DNA of 64,000 nt, taken from Myxococcota bacterium (GTDB lineage: Bacteria > Myxococcota_A > SURF-8). Every line of letters begins with the position of its first letter. Position 1 is the stretch's first letter. The notes beneath the pieces are model-generated. The model searched no databases. It was not told where the DNA came from and saw only the letters and a program-made list of their open reading frames with translations. Shown here in pieces: positions 1-8,526 of the stretch. The stretch covers positions 224,001 to 288,000 of the forward strand of contig OZ223209.1 of NCBI GenBank assembly GCA_965140415.1, written 5' to 3'. Both the position numbers and the translations under genes were made by a program.

Positions 1-44
1 AATCGTTTGAAGGAGTTCGTATTTCTTAGTAGTGATGTCTTCTT

Positions 45-69
45 GTAGTGGCGAGGCGTGAGCCCGCCG
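45..69 (+). repeat. GTAG-family REP-like palindrome (family A), single copy
   Basis: GTAGTGGCGAGGCGTGAGCCCGCCG matches the copies at 13563 and 52009-52074; flank 9-44 also resembles the reverse complement of 52075-52110. Confidence 0.7.
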
Positions 70-409
70 TTTTAGAGTAATAATAATTTGAAATGCGCCA
101 TAACCAAGGGTGCCGCGGTCTTTCGCCTGTAAGGCGAATGGCCGTGCAAATTCAAATAATCCGGGCCATCGATTCGTACCGAATCGAAGACCCGGGCACC
201 CACTTCCAATCACTCAAATCAACTAACGGTAACTATAGTAATCTGACATTTTTGTCGCTGCGCCGTTTTTTTGCTGTCTATCAAAGCACACTCTTCCAAA
301 TCGCCTTTTCAGACCGGACTGGTTTGCTTAACGAAAGCCTCTCTCTAACTTGTTGATATCTATAGGATATCTATATAATTATACATTGGAAATGTTTAAG
401 AATAGATTT

Positions 410-424
410 TGGCACGTTGATTGC
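410..424 (+). promoter_or_regulatory. sigma54 -24/-12 promoter
   Basis: TGGCACGTTGATTGC is a consensus match (GG-N10-GC), about 50 nt upstream of the ATG at 476. Confidence 0.75.
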
Positions 425-736
425 TCAGTCCTTTGGGTCTTGTGTCGATTGAAGCAATTGAATATGGAGATAATCATGAAAAAGACTTTTTCGCTGTTAT
501 TGGCTGTTGCCTTCATTCTCGTGCTTTTCACTTTTAGCGCTTGTTCAAGCAGCAACGGTATTGGTATCGATCCGCAGACCAGCGAATGCGGTGGCTTCGA
601 TGGTGACGAAACGTTGGCAAAGGTGAAACGCATTGCAGACGATGCAGCGCTTGATATGTGCGAGGAAACATTGGAATGGACGACGGAAATCGAAACCGGC
701 GATATTCTTTTCATGCACAAGCACACCATACTTAAT

Positions 737-1333
737 GTCAGTCGATGGGTTTAAATCCCTCGCCTTTAGGCGAAACCTTGAGGTTTTTCAATTGAGCGTG
801 ATAATGTCTTTGTCATGGAGAAATATCGCACCAGTTCGCATTCGCGTTTCGACCTGAAGTATCACTTTGTTTGGATAACGAAGTATCGGAAACCCATTCT
901 TTCCGGCGCGGTAGGCAAGCGACTAAGGGATTTGGTAATTGAAGTTTGCAAGGCGAATGAGATCGAAATACTGCAAGGGCATGTAGCCAAAGATCACGTT
1001 CATCTGTTCGTGTCGTGTCCTCCGAATTTGTCTCCAAGCAAGATCATGCAGAAGATCAAAGGAAAATCGTCACGGAAACTGATGATGGAGTTCAAGCACG
1101 TGCAAAAAGCTTTCTGGGGTCGTCATTTGTGGGCGCGAGGCTACTTTGTTGCGAGCAGCGGTAATGTGACGGATGAGACGATTCAGGAATATATCCGATT
1201 GCAGGAAGAAGGGGAACCGCCGGACGGTGGAGCCAATTTCAGAGTTGAGGGCGAAGATGCGTGACGACTTGAGTCGTCACGCCGTTGAACGACCACCCAT
1301 AAATCCTTCGCCTTTAGGCGAAGGTAGTTTAAT
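737..1333 (+). mobile_element. IS200-like element 1 (597 bp)
   Basis: TCGCCTTTAGGCGA hairpin near both ends, TTAAT at both junctions, tnpA inside. Confidence 0.9.
815..1264 (+). CDS. tnpA: IS200/IS605 Y1 (HUH) transposase
   Basis: YHFVWITKYR, HUH motif DHVHL, LWARGYF, catalytic YIxxQ. Confidence 0.95.
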   Translation: MEKYRTSSHSRFDLKYHFVWITKYRKPILSGAVGKRLRDLVIEVCKANEIEILQGHVAKDHVHLFVSCPPNLSPSKIMQKIKGKSSRKLMMEFKHVQKAFWGRHLWARGYFVASSGNVTDETIQEYIRLQEEGEPPDGGANFRVEGEDA

Positions 1334-1626
1334 TGTTGTGGCAAACACTCGATTAAAGTCGATCAGGAAGAGGATTTGAGCTTCACCCTGTTTGAGAAAG
1401 ACAAGCCCGGCTTTGGAGGTCGTTGCGACTGCATGTGTCCCTTCGACTTTTCGATCGAAATGCCCGCTCTCTTGGAGCCGGGCGTCATTTCGGTGAAACT
1501 GTTGCAGGATGTGACCGATTCCGAACATAGCGCACGGATTCTCTGGGAAGGTCAGATCGATACCCGCGAAGGTTCCGGTACGATAGTTATCGGCGAGACG
1601 GAGTGCTACTAGAGTAGGTATTACTC

Positions 1627-1790
1627 ATTTCTGACCATCGAGTAATCACGATGTGTCATGGTCTCGCGGAATGGAAATTCCGGGAGGCCGTGTGTAACTT
1701 ATTGAAGACACACAGCCTTCCACGATCTTCGATCGCGTAAGACTATGGCACACATTCTTCAAATTAGTGGCTAAAAATGATTAAGAACCG
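1627..1790 (+). repeat. ~160-nt structured dispersed repeat, copy 1
   Basis: Aligns with 17816-17976, 36135-36291 (reverse) and 60241-60378. Confidence 0.9.
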
Positions 1791-1851
1791 CTACTAGTTC
1801 CGGCCTGGATCGAATCGAAGTAAAGCGCTCTATTTAAAGTCATGTATTCTC

Positions 1852-1880
1852 AAGCCGGGCTGAGCAACCCGGCTTTTATT
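1852..1880. terminator. intrinsic terminator between convergent genes
   Basis: AAGCCGGG-loop-CCCGGCTT followed by TTATT. Confidence 0.6.
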
Positions 1881-1998
1881 ATGAGTAATTACCTACAAGG
1901 CCGACTGCTTTTATTCTGACGAATTGTCAGAGTGATCCTACACAAAAGGCCAAAAATTATTTGTGAATTTAAGATAGACAGAAGAGAGCGGGACCGGT

Positions 1999-2430
1999 CT
2001 AGTTCGAGCGATCCAGGGGCATGCAGCGATGACACACACCATAGAATTGCACCTGGTGTGCCTGAATCGTGAAACTATCCTTCAGCTGCCGGGGGGCGCG
2101 CAAGTCGGAATAGTCCTCGAACACGTCCATGATATGACCACAATGTCGACACATCGCATGATGATGCGTGCTGGTGTCTGGATCGTAGTGGCGTCGTTCA
2201 TGGTCGATGTTCAACATCTGCACCTGTCCGATTTTGCACAAGGTCTCCAACGTGTTGTAGACCGTTGTGAAGGAGATGGACGGGTAACGTTGATTCAGTT
2301 CCTGGTAAATCTGTTCCGCCGAGGGATGACTGGTGTTGTCTTCCAAGATTTCCAGAATGGCGATTCGCTGCGGGGTGATTTTCATGCCCTTCGCCCGAAG
2401 AGTTTCCAATACTTCCTGAACGCTTTTCAT
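1999..2430 (-). CDS. Fur family transcriptional regulator (PerR-like)
   Basis: ITPQR, HPSAEQIY, TVYNTL, HHHxxCxxC and C-terminal CxxC. Confidence 0.92.
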   Translation of the reverse strand: MKSVQEVLETLRAKGMKITPQRIAILEILEDNTSHPSAEQIYQELNQRYPSISFTTVYNTLETLCKIGQVQMLNIDHERRHYDPDTSTHHHAMCRHCGHIMDVFEDYSDLRAPRQLKDSFTIQAHQVQFYGVCHRCMPLDRSN

Positions 2431-2586
2431 CTCGAACTCCAGATTTGCCGACCTGTGTTCCAGGTCGGAACAAAGAGAATAACGGTTCCGTTTATCCTAA
2501 ACAAAAACCGGCACAAGGCAAGCATGAACTTGCACGAAGTAAGTTTTTTTTTAAATATCAGCATAAAAAAGACAATTTGACTCGGT

Positions 2587-3996
2587 TTATTCTCGAATAC
2601 GACAGTCAAGCGCATGTTTCAGTCGCTGTAATTCGGCGTTGGAAACCGCGCAGGTACCGTCTTTAAGCATGGGGGTTCCCTGAAAAACCGGACCGAAATC
2701 ACGCGGCAATGGATCGGGTAACAAGCCTTTTTCCTGGCATTGTTCGAATAAACGGGTTCCCGGTAACGCAACGGCGAATTGCATCCAGGGGCGCGCCCCA
2801 TATCGTTCGTACATGCGGGTGGCAAATGCAAACGTCTGGCCGATTTCCTGTCGGCTTTCTCCCGGCAGACCGACGATGAAATGCAAGGCGACCGGCAGCC
2901 TGGCTTTATAAGCCTGCTGTGTGGCAAGTTCCACCGCTTCCAATGACTGTTGCTTGCCGATGATGCGCGAAAGTACGGTGGCTGCACCCGACTCCGGAGA
3001 AAGCGACAACAGCGAAATAAGTTCCGCCAGGCGTTCGATTTGATTTTGAGTCAGCAGATCGGCGCGCAAGCCGTTGGGAAATTCCAGCTTCAGTCCCGCT
3101 TTGTAAGCAAGCTGCAACAAGCGATCGAAATGATCGCGACCGATGTTGGCGGCTTCATCCAGCACCAGTAACTTCTCTACTCCCGGTCGTTCGGACAGCC
3201 AGGAAAGCTGCCGCTCCAACGCTTCGGGAGAAAGCGGACGCCATTCGCGACGTGCGCCGCTGGCGTGGGCGGGATGGCTGGTGCAGAACGAACAGGAAAA
3301 GCAGCAACCCCGGCTGCTTTTAAATGGCAGGGTGGCTGTGTTGACGGCAAACGGATTCGGGCGTTGCTCCTGTTGCAGCATGCGGGACAGCAATTCCCGG
3401 TATGCATCCAGATCGACCAGCGCGTAGCCTCCGTCGCCTTGTAATGGTCCGCTAAGAGGCACACCGTCGATGACCTTCTTGGAAATGTTTCTGTCGTTTT
3501 CCAAGGCTGTCAGCAGCTTTTCCAATTCCACTTCGGCTTCGTAACGCAATAAAATATCCGGCCTGCCGGGGGAAGACAGGAACCGGGAAGGGTCGTATGC
3601 CACGTAATTCATGCCGCCGATATGCAGATCCGCCAGCACGACGGTAACACTCGGATGCGCCTGACGCAGCGCTCGAATCAGAAAAAACAAGTTGTCGTCG
3701 TCGGGAGCCTGAACCGCAAAGGGTCCAAGCTGCACGATTGCCACTTCCGCTGGTTGCTCGTTTGCACGGTTTTGGATTTCTTCAAGAAGTCGATTCTGTG
3801 TCACTCCGATTCGGATGTGCTCCGGTTCGCGCTTCCAGTCGGATGCGGGCAGGCAATAGGCGTCGATCAGGCTGACATCATGACCTTTGATTTTCAGGTA
3901 ATCGGCGACATTCCAGGCGGCCAGTGACTCGAAAGCCGGATAGTCGATGTAATTGGGATGTACCCGTTGTGATGGATGCAGAATTAAAACCCGCAT
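2587..3996 (-). CDS. B12-binding-domain radical SAM protein
   Basis: SRGCCFSCSFC (CxxxCxxC), FPNGLRAD, ESG, GLPGE; N-terminal Rossmann-like region. Confidence 0.85.
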   Translation of the reverse strand: MRVLILHPSQRVHPNYIDYPAFESLAAWNVADYLKIKGHDVSLIDAYCLPASDWKREPEHIRIGVTQNRLLEEIQNRANEQPAEVAIVQLGPFAVQAPDDDNLFFLIRALRQAHPSVTVVLADLHIGGMNYVAYDPSRFLSSPGRPDILLRYEAEVELEKLLTALENDRNISKKVIDGVPLSGPLQGDGGYALVDLDAYRELLSRMLQQEQRPNPFAVNTATLPFKSSRGCCFSCSFCTSHPAHASGARREWRPLSPEALERQLSWLSERPGVEKLLVLDEAANIGRDHFDRLLQLAYKAGLKLEFPNGLRADLLTQNQIERLAELISLLSLSPESGAATVLSRIIGKQQSLEAVELATQQAYKARLPVALHFIVGLPGESRQEIGQTFAFATRMYERYGARPWMQFAVALPGTRLFEQCQEKGLLPDPLPRDFGPVFQGTPMLKDGTCAVSNAELQRLKHALDCRIRE

Positions 3997-4456
3997 GAAT
4001 AACTCCAGATTGTGAGTCGCGCCGATCTCGTCATGATTTCACCAGTATTCCTTGATTTCTGTATCGACACCATCGAATTGATCAGGTCCGTTCTTTACGA
4101 CTTCTGTATTGCTGATGGCGGGTCTTACAGAAAGTAAAAAACACAAGAGTTATCGTGAGATGGATTGAAACTGAACATGCTGTTCATTTTTGTTCATGTT
4201 TCCAAAATAAACGCCGATATTGTATCTATGATCGGAGAATTTGTCACGGATAAAGCGGTATTAGAGGACATTGGCATCGCCTTTAACCTATTGGTAACGC
4301 TAGTTTGAAAAAAGGCTAACACATTAATATCTTGCAATAATATGTCCTATGGATTACTCTAATAATTGGAGAGTTCTTGTGGCGACAACCTGAAAATAGA
4401 GAGCGCGAAAAGGCTGTCGTTCGTTTTGTATTGTATTGCATTAAAGAGAAGGTTTT

Positions 4457-5065
4457 ATGGGCCGACATCAGTATGCCATCAAACATAATGGTCGCACCCT
4501 GGGTATTCACGATCAGGAGCAGTTGTCTCGGTTAGTTTACTCCGGTGAACTGAAGGCCGATGCCAGTGTTTTCGTGATCAAGGATAAACGTTGGGTAAGT
4601 TTAACTTCGTTGCTTGATGTTGAGAGTGCTGTACAGCAAAAAGAGACTGTTCCGCAGCCGGCGCAGATTGCTGAAGAGCAGGATTTGCCGCCAATCCAGG
4701 AATTCTCTTCGCTGATCAATGAAATCGAAGTAAAAGAAGACAAGAGCGCCAGGGTTCCCACTCAACGTGAGTTGGAACGGGATCTCTCCATTGAAACCGG
4801 GCGCACAATTCATAAGCTTCCCGCTCTTGCAGCGGGACGTTCCGCTCGCCTTTCCGAACCCGCCGTTGCGGCCAAGGTGCCGAATCCGGAAGGTTGGTTC
4901 GGTGAAACCAGGCGTGCCATTGCCGTAATGGCTCTGGCTCTCTTCCTGGGTCTGGCTGCCGGGTTGTTTGGATCGACCATGCTTCAAGACGATCTGTCCA
5001 ATACAAACGGTTCTGCCATTCGACAAGCCGAAAGCCACAGCGTATCACCCAGCACAGCAGACTAG
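4457..5065 (+). CDS. GYF_2 (DUF4339)-like domain membrane protein
   Basis: N-terminal YAIKHNGRTLG...LVYSGELKADASVF...W pattern, low-complexity linker, one C-terminal TM helix. Confidence 0.65.
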   Translation: MGRHQYAIKHNGRTLGIHDQEQLSRLVYSGELKADASVFVIKDKRWVSLTSLLDVESAVQQKETVPQPAQIAEEQDLPPIQEFSSLINEIEVKEDKSARVPTQRELERDLSIETGRTIHKLPALAAGRSARLSEPAVAAKVPNPEGWFGETRRAIAVMALALFLGLAAGLFGSTMLQDDLSNTNGSAIRQAESHSVSPSTAD

Positions 5066-5425
5066 CATTTTCCCCTTTTTCTTTCTGTTTCTTCAGACAA
5101 GCATAGCCAGTATAGGTCTTCGGTCTTAGCCTGTTGGTTTCTCGAACAAGTCTTTAAAATGACATCTATTTAATATAATATATTGTTATTACAGAGTGTT
5201 GGCCTTTAGAAAAGAAATGCGATCCGACAATGCGCATTGTTTGTTCGATCGATTGTTTCTATAATAGGTGTTGGTTCGTAGATTTTGTTGTTAAGGTGTT
5301 CAAAATGTTAACACTATAATTATTGATGTAAAAATTGTTATTTTTTCCTTGCATTGTAAGTAAAGAAGTATTACACTGTGCTTGATGAGGAAAGGTCGCC
5401 TCGTCGTAAAAAGGAAATGAGGTGT

Positions 5426-6220
5426 ATGATGGCCGCACAATTTAAGTATGCAATAAGGAGGGGGGAGAAGAACTTCGGCATTCAAAGCGTTCGACAATTG
5501 CGCGATCTGGCTGGCAGGCGCAAGATTGTGCCACAGGATTATGTCTATTCCTATGAAAGAAAGGAATGGGTGCGCGCCGGACATTTGTTTGAATTGTTCG
5601 AAGTATTCAATGTACAGACCGGAGGTGGGCTCATTCAGGGATCGCCTCCGCAAGACAGTCTTTCCGCGCCGGAATTGCGAAATACGGACTGGAAGCAGAT
5701 CGCGGCCAAAGCTCCAGTGGAAGATGCTTCTCTATCGAGCACTCCATTTACTCCCTCTCGACCTAGTGTGCGATCCGGTATTACGAAAAGCAAAGGGTTG
5801 CGTTCGGAAATCAGCGGATTGTTTGAGGATCTGATCGACGAAGCAGCGGAGAAACATCGAAATCCGTTGACAGGTCTGGAGCAGCCGGTCTTGCCTGACA
5901 GCAAGCAGGATGCGGTTTTACGTCACTTCAGCAGTCAGCCGAAGCCGCAAGCACCGGCGACACCTCCGCCAGCGCCACAAGCTTCTTCACCCGTTACTGC
6001 TACAGCTACGACGAAGTTTCACGTCGGTTCACTGGAGTTATCCAGGCGAGCAAGTATGCTATTACTGCTTTTATTGATTTTGCTGGCCGTTACGTTGGGC
6101 TTCTCTGCCGGATTGGGTCTCAATCGCAATGACGATCATCAGTACACCTTGCGAATCGAGGAACAACCGAGCTTGCCCATTCGAAAGGTCGATGCGAATA
6201 CGGGTTTTCAGCGGCGTTAA
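5426..6220 (+). CDS. GYF_2-like domain membrane protein with the same architecture as 4457
   Basis: YAIRRGEKNFG...LRDLAGRRKIVPQDYVY...W, Pro-rich linker, C-terminal TM helix; RBS GAGG before the ATG at 5426/5429. Confidence 0.65.
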   Translation: MMAAQFKYAIRRGEKNFGIQSVRQLRDLAGRRKIVPQDYVYSYERKEWVRAGHLFELFEVFNVQTGGGLIQGSPPQDSLSAPELRNTDWKQIAAKAPVEDASLSSTPFTPSRPSVRSGITKSKGLRSEISGLFEDLIDEAAEKHRNPLTGLEQPVLPDSKQDAVLRHFSSQPKPQAPATPPPAPQASSPVTATATTKFHVGSLELSRRASMLLLLLLILLAVTLGFSAGLGLNRNDDHQYTLRIEEQPSLPIRKVDANTGFQRR

Positions 6221-6245
6221 CGAGTGCCGTATCGGCATGGATTAA

Positions 6246-6725
6246 CTAGTGTTTTTCGGCAGGCTTCCGGTTTTGGAATGCAGGAGTTTTTGGAGCTTGC
6301 CGGGGAGGTGACAGGGTAGATAGAAGCCAACGCTTTTGCGAGTTGTCCCAGCGCCAACGCTGCTGAACGACACGAATGTGGTCGTTTCCCTCGATCTTCA
6401 AGCCCACTCGTACCTTGCCAACGGTGTTTTTGTCAGTCATTTCAACGGATAGGACTTTGCTTTCAAGAATCGGGTGCTGTTTGGCCCACTCGCGCCGATG
6501 TGCGACATAGCTTTCCGCATTTTTCAAGAAATCGACTTTTCCACTCAGCCGTTCGGGAGCGAACGAACGGTAGCATTGCTTGAACTCACCACGTTGCTGG
6601 CATGACCAGAAATCATCAACGGCCTTGGTTAATGGTGTTGTAGGTTCATCGGAGCAGTTTATCAACAGCAGACAGAATAGAAGCAAAGCTAACCGAAGAA
6701 TATTCAAGGATAATCTCCAATCCAA
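6246..6725 (-). CDS. lipoprotein, possibly NTF2-like fold
   Basis: Signal peptide ending LINC; alpha+beta pattern. Confidence 0.6.
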   Translation of the reverse strand: MDWRLSLNILRLALLLFCLLLINCSDEPTTPLTKAVDDFWSCQQRGEFKQCYRSFAPERLSGKVDFLKNAESYVAHRREWAKQHPILESKVLSVEMTDKNTVGKVRVGLKIEGNDHIRVVQQRWRWDNSQKRWLLSTLSPPRQAPKTPAFQNRKPAEKH

Positions 6726-6862
6726 CAGCCTGGTGTCTTTTACACGTATACAGCAAAATGCGAAACGATCTTAATACCTGAAGAAAAATTCCCTGTCAAC
6801 CATAATTTTCATGTTATTTTTCTGTTTTGAAAAAAGCATGTAATCTCAAACCGATGTCGAAG

Positions 6863-6908
6863 TTACTCACATTTTTGTGGATAACCTGTGGATAACCCCT
6901 GTGAATAA
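6863..6908. promoter_or_regulatory. DnaA-box cluster
   Basis: TGTGGATAA at 6876 and 6887, TGTGAATAA at 6900, and an opposite-strand one-mismatch box TTACTCACA at 6863, in an AT-rich divergent intergenic region. Confidence 0.7.
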
Positions 6909-7254
6909 AAGCAAAAAATCGAGAGTTTTCAAGGGGATTTTCCGCTTTGCTGAACTTTTAAGCAAATTCGATTTTCTTAGTTCTTTCAATGGTTTATGTG
7001 GTTGACCTTATGAAGGCGAAAAAGGAAGCATTGCCGATTTGCCGAGCAGGGTCAGAAGTAAGTCACAATCCACAGACGCTCAATTCTGCTAGACGCTTGA
7101 AAATGCTGTATTTCTTTCCAAATACAGTGGAATTGCAACCCGATTTCGGGAAAAGCATTGACGTCAAACCTGCCTGAGGGTACCCTAAGATGTTCCGTAA
7201 TCGAATCAATGGGTTTATACCAACGAACGTCAGACGTGAATTCAAGGAAGAAGG

Positions 7255-8499
7255 ATGAGACAGTCAATCCGCTCTCTGATTGCCGGTATCGTACTTGTAA
7301 CGTTTTGGGTCAGCCTGTCCAGTGTGGGATGGGCCGCTGCTATTGGTGGGCATTCCTCTGACGGGGTATTGCTGCTGAGCGCCGCAAAGAAAAGTACGAA
7401 GAAAAAGAGTAAGAAAAAGAAATCTGTCAAGAAATCAAAGGCTAAGACAAAGCCGGTCGAGCAAAAGAAGGAAAAAGCGCCCGCACAGGACGATGCCGAC
7501 CTGTTCAGCGACGATGCCGCCGGAGCCTCATCGGAGCCTCAAGCGGAGAGCCAGCCGCAAATGGTTTCGGTGTTACTCGATCTGAGTCCCGCAGACGCTT
7601 CGGAAGCGGTGGCCCAGTTGGCTTACGACAGCATTCTGGAGACTCTGCGACTCGCACCTGATCTGGGAGAGATCCTCTCGCGTGAGGATCTGGGCAAGGA
7701 GACGATCTACCGCCACGTCGTCAAAACCTGTCGGGGGATGGACAACTACCGCTGCCTGCGAAGTTTCGCGGCGGCCATCAATGCTCGTATCGCCTTTTTC
7801 GGCGAGATTCGCGATCTGGACGATTTGTACCTGGTTTACATTGAAATGCTCGATGTCAAAACCGGGCGCTCGATGGACTCGATCCGGGTACAGGTTGCGA
7901 AACCAGGTAAAGATTTGCGCGAAGTGGTGGCACAGGCCACTTGTAGATTGACCCGGCCCTTTGGCTGTGAACGCCAGGGACCGCCCGTCTACGCAGAGCC
8001 GGTCGCTCCGGTGGGAAGTACCACTCCGCCCTTGACGGCTTTGGAGGAGCTGCCGCAGGATTCTCCTTTGGAACAACGTCCGGTTGTCGGTCAGACGGAT
8101 GATTCCGGGGCATTGGGCGTACAGGCGCGGCAACGGCGCGAAGCGGAAAAGTTAAGTGGAATGGAAATCGGCGGCTGGGTGCTGGCCAGTTTGGGTGTCG
8201 GTGCGGCAGCGGGTGGCATCGCGATGACCGTATTGATGTACCAGGCCAAAGATGACTACGATAACGCTACAACGAAACAGCAGGCCGAGGATCATAAAGA
8301 CACGACCCTGTCCCGGCAGTGGACCTCTATCGGCCTGTATGCGGGTGCAGCGGCTTTGGGAGCTGTAGGAATCGGGTTGATTATCGCCGGCTATCAAAAG
8401 CGCAAGCAGGCCGGTTCGGGAGGTGGAGTCGAGACTCCCTGGATCGCCCCCGCGATCTCTCCCGAAGGTGCCGGAGTGGTGCTGGGTACGAGCTTCTAG
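7255..8499 (+). CDS. exported/outer-membrane protein with Lys-rich N-terminus, alpha/beta domain and Gly-rich hydrophobic C-terminal helices
   Basis: Signal peptide, poly-K tract, two Gly/Ala-rich helices, terminal strand GAGVVLGTSF. Confidence 0.7.
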   Translation: MRQSIRSLIAGIVLVTFWVSLSSVGWAAAIGGHSSDGVLLLSAAKKSTKKKSKKKKSVKKSKAKTKPVEQKKEKAPAQDDADLFSDDAAGASSEPQAESQPQMVSVLLDLSPADASEAVAQLAYDSILETLRLAPDLGEILSREDLGKETIYRHVVKTCRGMDNYRCLRSFAAAINARIAFFGEIRDLDDLYLVYIEMLDVKTGRSMDSIRVQVAKPGKDLREVVAQATCRLTRPFGCERQGPPVYAEPVAPVGSTTPPLTALEELPQDSPLEQRPVVGQTDDSGALGVQARQRREAEKLSGMEIGGWVLASLGVGAAAGGIAMTVLMYQAKDDYDNATTKQQAEDHKDTTLSRQWTSIGLYAGAAALGAVGIGLIIAGYQKRKQAGSGGGVETPWIAPAISPEGAGVVLGTSF

Positions 8500-8526
8500 T
8501 GTTGCAATCTACGTAAAGGAAATCCG

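Larger units (their letters stand above)
476..1612 (+). pseudogene. Cys-rich lipoprotein (179 aa when rejoined), interrupted by IS200
   Basis: RBS GGAG, lipobox FSAC; 476-736 and 1334-1612 are in the same frame and join as HTILN|CCGKHS...RCDCMCPFD. Confidence 0.85.

Noticed and set aside
1650-1752. Cloverleaf-like repeat core as a tRNA
   Set aside because: 13-bp closing stem, no standard D/T loops or 7-nt anticodon loop, no CCA end
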